NCBI GenBank assembly: GCA_965644315.1
Contig: CBFFRQ010000018.1
Span: 744,001 to 808,000, forward strand
DNA length: 64,000 bases
Direction: 5' to 3'
Origin: Caecitellus pseudoparvulus
Taxonomy: Eukaryota; Protista; Bigyra: Bicosoecida
How positions within the stretch are numbered: position 1 is the stretch's first letter; every line of letters starts with the position of its first letter. This document shows positions 1 to 10,588 of this stretch, piece after piece. Under the pieces are notes generated by a model. The model was not told the DNA's origin. It searched no databases and saw only the letters and a list, made by a program, of their open reading frames with translations. Both the position numbers and the translations under genes were made by a program.

Positions 1-702
1 GCTCTTCTTCCCGGGCGTGGGATTGCACGGACATGACCCTGCATGCTGAGCGACTACCCCGAGAGTTGTGGATGATGATGAAGAAGCCAGCTGGAGGCTT
101 CTGTGGCAGGTTGGGAGCCAGGGTAGCGTTTCGGGCTTGGCAGTGTTCGAGTCCACGGGCTCGGAGCAAGAGCGCCAGGGCCACGTAGAAATACACACAG
201 CAGACCTTTGAGTACACTCTCAGCGCCATTTGTGGTGTAGGGGCCCCGTTGGATGCCGTTCTGGGGGATAGGTTTGGGAGTTTCAAATGATGAAACGCAG
301 CCAGGCCGGCTCCCAATGCTCACGTCGCGCGGCGCGACACGGTCCTCTGCAGTAGCATGAGGCAGACAAGAGGTGTACGTTGATCGTTTGGTCAGACTGC
401 TGCCCTGCCCTGGTGCATGGTGTGATTGTGCCTGGAGTACGTGCAGGCGCAATGAAGGTGGTGGTTCGCACACACTCTGCCCTGCTTGGCTGTGCGCGGA
501 GGGGGGCTACACCCCCCCTACCCGGCCACGGCAGTTCTCACCGCCGTGCACAATACCAAACACGTTGTACGATAGTCTTGCGAACATTCAGCGTGACTTG
601 TCATTGATTCCTTTCAACCTTCCCTCTTCCTTCCGCGATCGGGCCGTGCCCGAGTTGGCGTGTTGAGCGCAGGTCCCCCCTGGATCTGCGGCCTCGGCAC
701 GA

Positions 703-1434
703 GTGTCTGTGCCTGGCAAGGCAGGCTTCAGACGCCGACAGAGCAGCATGAGTGACATCAGGTGCATGGGATGGGCGCAGCGTGACGTGCCGTCACTGTC
801 GGCGCCCCAGCAGTGCCCGTTTGGCGTTCCACCACCACAACAAGTTGGCACGGACGTTGCACTGCGTTCCGTGGCCCCTCCCAGCAGTTTCAAGCTGCAC
901 CACAGTGGTGAACATGGAACTGGCATGCCGATAGGCGGTTGCGTACTGGGTGGCGAGACTGGTGTCCGTGTCGGCAATGGAGTCGGCTCAGCACCAAGCG
1001 TGTGCGAGCTTGTGGGCGACGTGCCCGTTCCCTCTGCTGTTGATGGTGACGGTGAGGACTGCGACGTGTCCCTGGAAGGGGCGCAGGCGCCAGGGCTGCA
1101 CCGGCAGTCTCCTATCGTCGAGGACGAGAGTCTGTGCGTGTCGAAACTGCAGCGGCAGCTGACTGGTGCGCATGACGACGGAACAGTGGTGTGGAGCCTT
1201 TGCGAGCCTCACCTTGGAGGCAAAGTGAAGCCTTTGATGGCCCGGCAAAGCGCGGCACCCGATTATAAGAGTCAGAGTTGCGCTGATATCCGCGAGGGCA
1301 AGCTATTGCCCATTTCCCTTGATCTCCTTAACACACCCCGACCCATGCTCGCCCTGTCCCAGCCACAAACTCATCTATTTACTGAGGCTGGCGCAGGGCA
1401 TTTGCATGGAGAGGGTGCAATTGGATACATTTGA
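703..1434 (+). CDS. Hypothetical protein, tandem-array copy 1 (true start possibly ATG 748 or a spliced 5' exon)
   Basis: 243-aa ORF; frame and C-terminal HLFTEAGAGH are kept in the diverged third copy; no recognisable domain. Confidence 0.4.
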   Translation: MSVPGKAGFRRRQSSMSDIRCMGWAQRDVPSLSAPQQCPFGVPPPQQVGTDVALRSVAPPSSFKLHHSGEHGTGMPIGGCVLGGETGVRVGNGVGSAPSVCELVGDVPVPSAVDGDGEDCDVSLEGAQAPGLHRQSPIVEDESLCVSKLQRQLTGAHDDGTVVWSLCEPHLGGKVKPLMARQSAAPDYKSQSCADIREGKLLPISLDLLNTPRPMLALSQPQTHLFTEAGAGHLHGEGAIGYI

Positions 1435-1922
1435 ATCGAAGCTTATTCGAAATTAGTGAATTGCATGCGCTATGAGGCACACAGAGTGTCGGAATGCATT
1501 CACCCTTCCAAAGCATGTGGCACGGATCAAGCTTGCGGACACACACTCGCGCGCTACTTGCCTGTCCAATTCCACTGAGCCAATCAAAGCGCAAGGCGGT
1601 ATCATGCATGGAGTACGTGCAGGCGCAATGAAGGTGGTGGTTCGCACACACTCTGCCCTGCTTGGCTGTGCGCGGAGGGGGGCCAGACCCCCCCCCCCCG
1701 GCCGCGGCAGTTCTCACAGGCGCACACTACGCCGGGCACTACACGAGTTCGCGTGAGATCATTCAGCGTGACTTGTCATTGATTCCTTTCAACCTTCCCT
1801 CTTCCTTCCGCGATCGGGCCGTGCCCGAGTTGGCGTGTTGAGCGCAGGTCCCCCCTGGATCTGCGGCCTCGGCACGAGTGTCTGTGCCTGGCAAGGCAGG
1901 CTTCAGACGCTGACAGAGCAGC

Positions 1923-2609
1923 ATGAGTGACATCAGGTGCATGGGATGGGCGCAGCGTGACGTGCCGTCACTGTCGGCGCCCCAGCAGTGCCCGTTTGGC
2001 GTTCCACCACCACAACAAGTTGGCACGGACGTTGCACTGCGTTCCGTGGCCCCTCCCAGCAGTTTCAAGCTGCACCACAGTGGTGAACATGGAACTGGCA
2101 TGCCGATAGGCGGTTGCGTACTGGGTGGCGAGACTGGTGTCCGTGTCGGCAATGGAGTCGGCTCAGCACCAAGCGTGTGCGAGCTTGTGGGCGACGTGCC
2201 CGTTCCCTCTGCTGTTGATGGTGACGGTGAGGACTGCGACGTGTCCCTGGAAGGGGCGCAGGCGCCAGGGATGCACCGGCAGTCTCCTATCATTGAGGAC
2301 GAGAGTCTGTGCGTGTCGAAACTGCAGCGGCAGCTGACTGGTGCGCATGACGACGGAACAGTGGTGTGGAGCCTTTGCGAGCCTCACCTTGGAGGCAAAG
2401 TGAAGCCTTTGATGGCCCGGCAAAGCGCGGCACCCGATTATAAGAGTCAGAGTTGCGCTGATATCCGCGAGGGCAAGCTATTGCCCATTTCCCTTGATCT
2501 CCTTAACACACCCCGACCCATGCTCGCCCTGTCCCAGCCACAAACTCATCTATTTACTGAGGCTGGCGCAGGGCATTTGCATGGAGAGGGTGCAATTGGA
2601 TACATTTGA
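1923..2609 (+). CDS. Hypothetical protein, tandem-array copy 2
   Basis: 228-aa ORF nearly identical to copy 1; an upstream CGA>TGA change shortens the 5' open frame. Confidence 0.4.
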   Translation: MSDIRCMGWAQRDVPSLSAPQQCPFGVPPPQQVGTDVALRSVAPPSSFKLHHSGEHGTGMPIGGCVLGGETGVRVGNGVGSAPSVCELVGDVPVPSAVDGDGEDCDVSLEGAQAPGMHRQSPIIEDESLCVSKLQRQLTGAHDDGTVVWSLCEPHLGGKVKPLMARQSAAPDYKSQSCADIREGKLLPISLDLLNTPRPMLALSQPQTHLFTEAGAGHLHGEGAIGYI

Positions 2610-3097
2610 ATCGAAGCTTATTCGAAATTAGTGAATTGCATGCGCTATGAGGCACACAGAGTGTCGGAATGCATTCACCCTTCCAAAGCATGTGGCACGG
2701 ATCAAGCTTGCGGACACACACTCGCGCGCTACTTGCCTGTCCAATTCCACTGAGCCAATCAAAGCGCAAGGCGGTATCATGCATGGAGTACGTGCAGGCG
2801 CAATGAAGGTGGTGGTTCGCACACACTCTGCCCTGCTTGGCTGTGCGCGGAGGGGGGCCAGACCCCCCCCCCCCGGCCACGGCAGTTCTCACAGGCGCAC
2901 ACTACGCCGGGCACTACACGAGTTCGCGTGAGATCATTCAGCGTGACTTGTCATTGATTCCTTTCAACCTTCCCTCTTCCTTCCGCGATCGGGCCGTGCC
3001 CGAGTTGGCGTGTTGAGCGCAGGTCCCCCCTGGATCTGCGGCCTCGGCACGAGTGTCTGTGCCTGGCAAGGCAGGCTTCAGACGCTGACAGAGCAGC

Positions 3098-3775
3098 ATG
3101 AGTGACATCAGGTGCATGGGATGGGCGCAGCGCGGCGTGCCGTCACTGTCGGCGCCCCAGCAGTGCCCGCTAAGCTTTCCTTGGCTCCATTCCGCCAACG
3201 GGGTTGCACTGCCTTCCGCCACGCCTCCCGGGCAGTTTCAGGCTGCGCGCCCACATGCAGAACAGAGAGGTGTCAAACCTATTGGCGATGATTGCTCAGC
3301 CTGTGCAGTTCTTAGCTTTGGCGCTGGAGATGGCTCCGCACGGAGCGTGTGCGAGCCTGCGGACAGCATGCCCGTTTCCTCCACCATCGACGACGACGAG
3401 AGTGAGGGCTGCGATGAGTCCCTGGAAGGGGCGCCGGCGGGGCCAGCGACACGTCTGCAGTTTCATGAAGGAGCAGGCGGGGAATCCAGCTTGTTTGGGT
3501 TAGGGCGGCAGCTGACTGGTGCGCGTGGCGACGAAGCAGAGGTGCTGGGTTCCTGCGGGCCGCGCGTGGGAGCAGAGAGGATTGTGGTACCCCAGCCGGG
3601 CGCAACCCCCGACAATGAGAGTGGAAGTGACACTGATCTCATTGAGGATAGAGTATTGTCCAATTCCCATGACTACTTTGACACCTCCCGTGTCATGCAT
3701 TTATTGTCCCAAACTATGTCTCACTTATTTACCGAGGCTGGGGCAGGGCATGTGCACGGAGGGGGTGCAACTTAA
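3098..3775 (+). CDS. Hypothetical protein, diverged tandem-array copy 3
   Basis: 225-aa ORF collinear with copies 1 and 2 (SVCE, SLEGA, RQLTGA, HLFTEAGAGH blocks) despite heavy substitution. Confidence 0.4.
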   Translation: MSDIRCMGWAQRGVPSLSAPQQCPLSFPWLHSANGVALPSATPPGQFQAARPHAEQRGVKPIGDDCSACAVLSFGAGDGSARSVCEPADSMPVSSTIDDDESEGCDESLEGAPAGPATRLQFHEGAGGESSLFGLGRQLTGARGDEAEVLGSCGPRVGAERIVVPQPGATPDNESGSDTDLIEDRVLSNSHDYFDTSRVMHLLSQTMSHLFTEAGAGHVHGGGAT

Positions 3776-3910
3776 TTTGAATCAATTACCTGCTACAAGT
3801 AACGTGTACGTGTGATGAGGCACAGAAGCGTACCGGAATGCATTTCTCATGGACAGGTCAGGCGGCATGCACCTGGCATGAAGGACACAGCCTCGCGTAG
3901 GCCGGCCCCG

Positions 3911-6900
3911 TCACGCATCCACTGCCTGCCGATGCTTGCGCCGAGCTTCCTGAGCAAACGATGATGAGCGGCGCAGGGTGGCTGGGGACAGGCTGGAGGC
4001 TCCTGTCGGTCGCCTGGCGGGAGAGCCGGCGACGAGGGACTTGAACGCGTCTGCACTGCGCCGCTTGCCTGGGGAGGTGAACGAGACCCGCTTGAATGGG
4101 TTGAAGTCCTCCTCCTCCTTCCCTTCTGCAACGGGAGGGGACGAGGGGGGTGTGGCTGGCTCCTCCTCGCCGGCGCTGGCTACGCTGCCAGCATCAGGAG
4201 CCTCTGCAGCAGGCTGGTCGGGCTGTCCTGCGCTCGGGCCGTCTTGGTGCAGGCGTCGTGGGCGCTTGCCCGGGGACACTGCCGGGCTGTGCACAGGGGG
4301 GGACGCAGGGGGTCCCCGCTGGCGCTTGCTGCCCCTGGTGGGTGTGCCTGAGGGCAGGAGAGTGGGCAGGAGCGACTCCACTAGGGTCTTCACGGCAGCC
4401 TCGTCCAGCCCAACGGACTCCTGGTTTGACCCCAACTCCAGCACAGCATCCTGCAGCTGTTGGATGGCTTCAGCTGTGGCAGCAGCGTCACCCACAGCAG
4501 GCGTTCCAAACTCTTTGATGGTCTTGCGCTCCTCGCGGCGTGCCTTGTACAAGTCAAAGAGGCGCTGTGCGACATCGCTGTGCTGGTTCTTGTGTGCAAG
4601 CTGCGCAGCAGCGTGGCTGGCCTTGAGCGTGCGCAGGGTGCTGGCGATGTGCACGGCAGCCAGCTTGTTCCCCGCTTGCAGGGCTGCCGTGAGCACCTTG
4701 AGCAGCTGCTTGTCCGCTGCGATTTCAGCTTTGAAGCCGTCCGCAAGGACGCGGTCTCGCTCTGTGAATCCAACAGAGTCCTCCACGATATCAGACGCAT
4801 GTACGTCGTCGCCATCCACTTCCACAGCGCCACCAGGGCCAGTGCCGAGTCGCAGGCCGAGCCCTGCAAGCCAGCGTGAGGCGCCCATGAGCACAGCGGA
4901 GCGACCGGCGTCAGCCAGCGAGTTCCCTGTGGCCACGGACGAGTTGCTGCGGAGAATGGCCGACGGCACAGGGCCATCCGAGACAGCGCCAGGGATGGCC
5001 ACACCGTCGCTCATGAGCGGCATGGGGCACCGCAGGGGCGTGTGGTTGAGCAGTTTGCGCTTGCCATCCACCTCTGGCATGTGGGAGCCTCCGTACACGG
5101 GCAGGGAGAGCATGGCTGCCCGCCCAACGCCCAGGACGTAGTGCCACACGCGGGGAGTGCGCCCCTTGCGCCCGGCTTCGGCGGCCGCCGTGGCAGCTGC
5201 CAGGGACACGTCACGAGCGGTATCCAGCAGCGGAACCCAGCTCCACGCATGGGCTGGGGAGGCTCCGCTCAGCAGGCCGTAGCTGTCCTGCACGACCAGG
5301 AGGCCCTCTGATGAGATGCCCAGCCACCGCAGAAGTGCCCCTGGCTGCAGCGGCAGGGGCCCGCTGACCAGCACGCGGGGGGTGGTGCCGAAGCCAAGGG
5401 AACTTGCCTCGGCGGGGGCAAGTGTGGCTCCTGACAGCGCCCCCAGCGCCCCACCTGTGGCACCTCCCCCCGCACTGCACAACGCGGCAGCATCCCATGC
5501 TGCGAGGGAAGTGTTGCGCACGTCTCCGCATTGGAACAGGGCCCACTGGAAGGACTGCGTCGGAGTGGACCCAGCTCCCAGGCTGCTGACAGCCGCAGAG
5601 GCGCTCTGGTACACAACCCCCAGCAGGGGACCACGCCCGGTCAGCGCGACAGGCCGGCCCGGCAGCTGCACGATGCCGTCCAAAACACCCGAGGTGCGCC
5701 ACACGTACAGCGCATTCCACGTGGTGGCCACTGCCACCCACTCACGCCCCACGGCAAGGCAGAGGGGCTGTTCACCACGCCTGCCACGACTCGCTCCAGC
5801 CGGGCGCGCGGAGGCTGTGTCGCCTCCCCGCAGCGTGGCGCTCCAGACGTCCGTGGACGACTCAGCCCACGAACCCAGCGGGTGGTACTCCACCGTGCCT
5901 GGCACGAGAGGCAGCTCTGTGGCGGGGGCGCCTTCTTCGGGAACAGCTTGGGTTCCGAGCAGCACCCCTGCTGGTCCCAGGCGCCCCATGGTCGTCGTGC
6001 GGGGGGCTGTGATGTTGCTGGTGCGATCCTCCGCCTCCACGACGAGCAGTGTGTACTCGCTCGTGCGGCGGGCGAGCAGGCGTGTCGTGGGCGTGTAGTG
6101 CAGGGCGGCCTGTGTGAGTCCTGAGCCACGCCCAGCCTTGGGCCTGGCAGGGATGCACGCGGGGTTGAAGGGCATCTGTGCTCCGGTGCAGTCTGTGTCT
6201 TGCCCGTTCAAGGTGGCGCCCACCAGTCGGAGGGCTTGGTCCACGCGGTCGGTTGCCGAGGATGCTGCCGCTGGCGCCAGGCTTGCGTGGGGGCCAGACC
6301 CAACAAGCCCCTCGCTTCCATCGCCCCCCTCAGCATACCGAGCCTCCAGCTCATCCAGCAGGTTGGTGCGCGGGCGGGCGGGGGGCAGGTGCTGCCCCCC
6401 CTCATCCTCATCCCCACCTTCCTCTGCTTCATCCAGCACCATGTGCTTCCGGCGCAACACACGCGGGGCGTCCTCGCCGTCGGAGGACTCGGAGTCCAGG
6501 TCCAGCTGGCTGCCGCTGCCTGAAGCAGCAGCGGGGGACGCGCTCCCAGCTGGAGCGGCTGAGGAAGGGGCAGCCTGCTGCGCCGCAGAGGCCACAGGGG
6601 AGGCCACTGCACTCGCTTCAGGTACGATGTCATCGCCTCGCTTGATGGCCGCCTCTGCCTCGAGAGCGGGCAGGTCCACAGGCGTCACAGGGCTGGCGTG
6701 CAGGGCTTCGGAGACGGCGGGGGCTGTGGCCACCCAGCCATCTGCATCAGCTACAGCCACTTCGTTCTGTGCACAGCGGGAGGTGGGCGGCGCAGGGTGC
6801 GTGCATGCGGAGTGTCACAGTGCTGGCGTGGGCGGCAGCCGCACCTTGGACGCTGACAGCGCGAGGCCGGTGATGAGGTTTTCGCACTCCCACACCTCGG

Positions 6901-7811
6901 CCACGCTGCGCTGCGGCACGTTCCATATGTGCACCCGGGAGGAGCCTGCCTCCTCGTCCAGGTCGCTTGCTGCAAGGTACAGGCCATTTGCGCTCCATGC
7001 CACGCAAGACGAGGGCTGCGGGCTGCGTGTCAGGGTGGCAAGGGTGTCCAGTGTCGCGGCGTCCAGCAGCAGCACGTCAGGGCGCCCGGCCACTGCCAAA
7101 TGTCGCCCGTCGGGCGAAAAGGCAAGGCCCTGGCAGCGCAGTGAGAGAGCCAGGAGAGAGGTGGCCCCGGGCAAGGTGCGCTGGCCGGTGCCGCTCGTGG
7201 CGCTGACGGTGCTGGCGTCCCACAGGCGAACGACGCCGTCCACGCCAGCCGAGGCCAGCGTGGAGTGGCCCTTCCACGCCACTGCCATGCACGCTCCCTT
7301 GTGAGCTGCACTCAAGATCTTCACATCTGTTATGTCCACAGTGCTCAGCAGCACAACACTGCCGTCCCCCAATGCAATGGCGCTGGGTGGCGGCGCGGTG
7401 AGCGTGTGTGCGGGGAGTTTCAAACACACAACGGCGCCAGGCATCTCACAGCTTGGAGCCGTCTTCGTTGCACGCCATGCCCCGCACCGCCTGTGTCGTG
7501 CGGTACAGCATGCCTTTCAAGGTCAAATCAGCACAGTTGAAGGTCTTGATGTCCGTGGCACCCGTGTCAGGGGCTGTGATGGCCACTGCGAGGCAGTCTG
7601 CGTTGGGCAGGCGCACCAACACGCTGGCTGAGCGCTCCTCATCAGGGCAATACGAGGCACTGGGGGTTTGCACCCCCCCCTTGAATTCCACAAGGCAACC
7701 ATCTACCCCTGCTGCACCAGTCGCGAGAAGCGCTGTCGGTGTGTACAGCACAGAGCCGCGGGCACCCTCTTCGAAAGCCCGCACCCGGCTGGCAGTCGTG
7801 AGGGACGGCAT
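3911..7811 (-). CDS. WDHD1: WD40 + SepB/Mcl1-mid replisome hub protein (Ctf4/And-1 family), 3 exons
   Basis: N-terminal WD40 motifs (LASAGVDGVVRLWD, LAFSPDGRHLAVAG, VHIWN). SepB-type motifs AVGREWVAVATT, LPGRPVAL, LRWLGISSEG, WVPLLDT, followed by a helical C-domain. GT-AG introns 7449-7383 and 6844-6767 join the three ORFs in frame. Confidence 0.85.
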
Positions 7812-7908
7812 GGTGCTTTTGCAGCTGCGGGGTGGCAGCGCCAGGGACTGGCAGCTGTGCATTGAGCAGCATGCATTGCCTGGGGGTGGGTGGAAATGTG
7901 TGCGGCCC

Positions 7909-9087
7909 TCAAATCTGCGCAACCGCGAGGGCCCGCCCCAGCTCGGTGTCCATGGAGGCGACGGATGCGGAGTGGTGCCCGGCGAGGGGCTGTGCGTGTA
8001 GCGGAGGGGGGCGCATGTGCAGGCGCGGGCGAGTTGGCCGTGGGGGCACCGGCGCTGGTTCGCTGGGCACGCTGGGGGGGGAAGTGGTCACAGGTGACGG
8101 CTGGCTGAGGGAGACAGGCTGCTGCGTGCTGGAGAGAATGCCGCCCAGTTCTCCCAACTCCAGCCCCAGCAGCGCACCCTGGGCCTCCAGAGAGGTGGTG
8201 GAGGAGTTGCGCAGGAGGGAGGCAGCCTCCACTGGTGCCGCCGTCGGCGTGGGGGCGGCGGCGTGCAGGGTGGTGGCTGGCGCGCCATACAGCAGGAAGT
8301 GCTGCCCCAGCAGGACACAGGCGAAGGCTCCCGTTGTGAGCAGGGACAGCAGGGCCAGGATGTGGGTGTGGGAGGCCTCCCACATGCCGGTGGAGGAGGC
8401 GGAGAGGGCGTGGTGCACCAGCCACGCCACGCCCGAGCCCAGCAGGAGGAGGGGGTACCACATGGAGAAGCCGGCTGTGCTGTGCTTGGCGTGGTTGAGG
8501 GACACCTGCGGGGTCAGTGCCAGCGGCGTCACGACCAGATTGGTGTACCCCGCCACCTCAGCGGCGGCGTGCCAGGGCAGGAGGAGGGAGCCGCCCCAGG
8601 CGGCGAGGCAGCAGACAGCCACGACGGCGCTCACAGCCAGCACAAAGTAGCGGGCTGCACGTGTCGGCTTGAGGCCCCCCGTAGCCATGGTCATGCCTTG
8701 CCACACGACGATGGCGGCTAGGGCGGCGGCGGCGGCGGCAGCGACGGCGCTGGCGGCGCGGGCTGTGTGGGAGCTGCCCGCAGGGCTCAAGGAGGGCATG
8801 CTCTGGCCCAGCAGCACCCCTGCCGTGCTGGAAATGAATGCCAGGGCGGCTGTTAGGCAGGTGAGCAGTGCAAAGTCCAGACTGAGCCCAGCAGCCTGGC
8901 CGCGCTGCCAGCACGAGACAGCTTGCGGCGCCAGTGCCGTCGCCCACAGAATGAGCGCAACCCACCCAAAGAAATCACACACGCGACCAGAAGGACCTGT
9001 CGCTGGGGCTAGGGTTGGCTGGCTTGCTGTCAAGAGGCCAGCCAGGGACAGCACGGCAATGGAAGAAATCGCCAGGCTCTGTCGCAT
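7909..9087 (-). CDS. PQ-loop (cystinosin/ERS1-like) lysosomal transporter
   Basis: Two PQ motifs (GWVALILWATALAPQ...GLSLDF; LTPQVSLNHAKHSTAGFS), about 7 hydrophobic helices, and a signal-like N-terminus from MRQSLAISS. Confidence 0.75.
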   Translation of the reverse strand: MRQSLAISSIAVLSLAGLLTASQPTLAPATGPSGRVCDFFGWVALILWATALAPQAVSCWQRGQAAGLSLDFALLTCLTAALAFISSTAGVLLGQSMPSLSPAGSSHTARAASAVAAAAAAALAAIVVWQGMTMATGGLKPTRAARYFVLAVSAVVAVCCLAAWGGSLLLPWHAAAEVAGYTNLVVTPLALTPQVSLNHAKHSTAGFSMWYPLLLLGSGVAWLVHHALSASSTGMWEASHTHILALLSLLTTGAFACVLLGQHFLLYGAPATTLHAAAPTPTAAPVEAASLLRNSSTTSLEAQGALLGLELGELGGILSSTQQPVSLSQPSPVTTSPPSVPSEPAPVPPRPTRPRLHMRPPPLHAQPLAGHHSASVASMDTELGRALAVAQI

Positions 9088-9749
9088 GCAGAGACTCGGA
9101 GAGATGGCCACGCTTTGGGGCGTGGGGTGGCCATGGGGCGTCGTTGGTGCACCGTCATCACACAGCGGCGGCAAATCTATGTTTGGCTGCGCGATGGCGA
9201 CGTGTCGAGGACTTGCGCGCTGGACCATGCTGCACGTGCTTCGCTGGCCGCAATGCGGAATTCGGGCACTGCTCTGCAACGCGACTTTTCTAGCGCTGCA
9301 GCAGCTTGGGCAGCAGGCTTGGACGAGGGGGGGAGCAAGCGGAGCAGGAAAGGAAGTGTCCCTGCCTGGCGTGTCCGGCGGTTGGGGGGGGGTGGCGTCT
9401 GCCCACGGCTGTGCTCCGTGCAAAGACGTCAGAGGTTGGCAGCCCAACAGGTCCTGGGTTGCACTGCAAACGCAGCCCAAAGGGTGCGTGCAGGGTCGTG
9501 GAGAGTGCTGGCTTGTGTTGGTGGATGTGTGGTGCTTGGTCAGTCGCGAGCGAGAGGGGCGGCGCTGTGACGTTTGTGGCTGAGTGTAGAAAATGCGCTG
9601 GGCTTGCGCAGAGTGCTCGGGCTACGGCTTGCCAGCTGGCCGGCGTTTCTGGCGCCGCAACGCCTGCTGCATCGTAAACTCCCACCGTCGCGGTTTCTGG
9701 CCGCGCAAGGGCAAAGTGGCAGCACCACAGCCCTCCACTTCTTGCAACC

Positions 9750-10538
9750 ATGCAGCCTGCCTCCCCACTGGACGAACCGGCTGCGCCGGCGCAAGCCGTG
9801 CCTGGGCTCCTGTCCAAGCTTGGGCTCGTTGCTGCTGGGCCTTGGGAGCAGCGCAACGTGTGGCACCACGCCTGGTGCGGCATGCTGCAGGGGGCTCTGT
9901 GGGGGTACATTGCAGGAACCACCCACGCCTATCTCCAAGCTCAAGGCTCGATGGGGTTCTCCTTTGACAAGGCATTGTACGGCACTTGTTGCGGGAGGCC
10001 CCCGAGGTCCACAGGAGGCAGCACTGCTTCCGCCTTGTGTTGCGCAGCCCTGTATTCCGGAAGAGTGTGGGAACGGCAGCTGCTTCCCTTGCCCTTGGAA
10101 CAGGTGTCTGGACGGTGTTGGATGCGAAGCTGATGCGGGATTTCCCGGGAGCGGAGACCACCTTTCCGTGGTGAGTGTGCGAAACGCGGGGGAAACGCGG
10201 CGCCTGCTCGAAACTCCAGTCCATCCCACCTCCGCAGGCACCTTGTGACGATGTACGGCGCAGCAGGTGGACTGGCGGCCAGTGTGCCATTCAGCGTGAG
10301 CATGGCCCCGCCCCTGGCTCTTGTGCGAGCGTGGCTCGAAGAGTTCACAGATGTGGGAGGCAAGGCGCCGCCCTTGCCAGCGCAGAAGGCGGCGCAGCTG
10401 CACTCGCAAGTCGTTCGTGGGGCCCAGCGGGTGTGCTTGAGCACGCTTGGGTTCTCTCTCACCTGGGCCGCCCTCTTCCCTCTCGTCCGCGGCGAGCTGC
10501 TGCGCGACCCCTTCGGCAGGCTAGTGGGCGACGAGTAG
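9750..10538 (+). CDS. Small multi-pass membrane protein, possibly Tim17/Tim22/Tim23 family; 3 exons
   Basis: Introns at ~9976-10047 and ~10171-10237 join three ORFs in frame. Four Gly-rich hydrophobic segments (GMLQGALWG, SLALGTGVW, YGAAGGLAA, LGFSLTW). Confidence 0.45.
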
Positions 10539-10588
10539 GCCAGGCACGCTGCAAAACTCGCGCTGCTGCATTTCTCCGAGCACCACAC

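Larger units (their letters stand above)
435..3880. repeat. Direct tandem array, unit ~1175 bp, about 3 copies (third copy diverged after ~3170)
   Basis: GAGTACGTGCAGGCGCAATGAAGG recurs at 435, 1611 and 2786. CATTCAGCGTGACTTG recurs at 585, 1760 and 2935. Stretch 585-3169 is near-identical at period 1175; 3170-3880 is a recognisable but diverged copy. Confidence 0.95.

Noticed and set aside
435-3880. Array as a transposon, CRISPR array or rDNA/snRNA repeat
   Set aside because: No transposase/RT motifs, terminal repeats, spacer structure or recognisable RNA-gene sequence.
3978-7304. Long plus-strand ORFs opposite WDHD1, and similar ones opposite SAC1, MCCC2, the RhoGEF and the GAC-like gene
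   Set aside because: Antisense shadows expected in high-GC coding DNA; no motifs.
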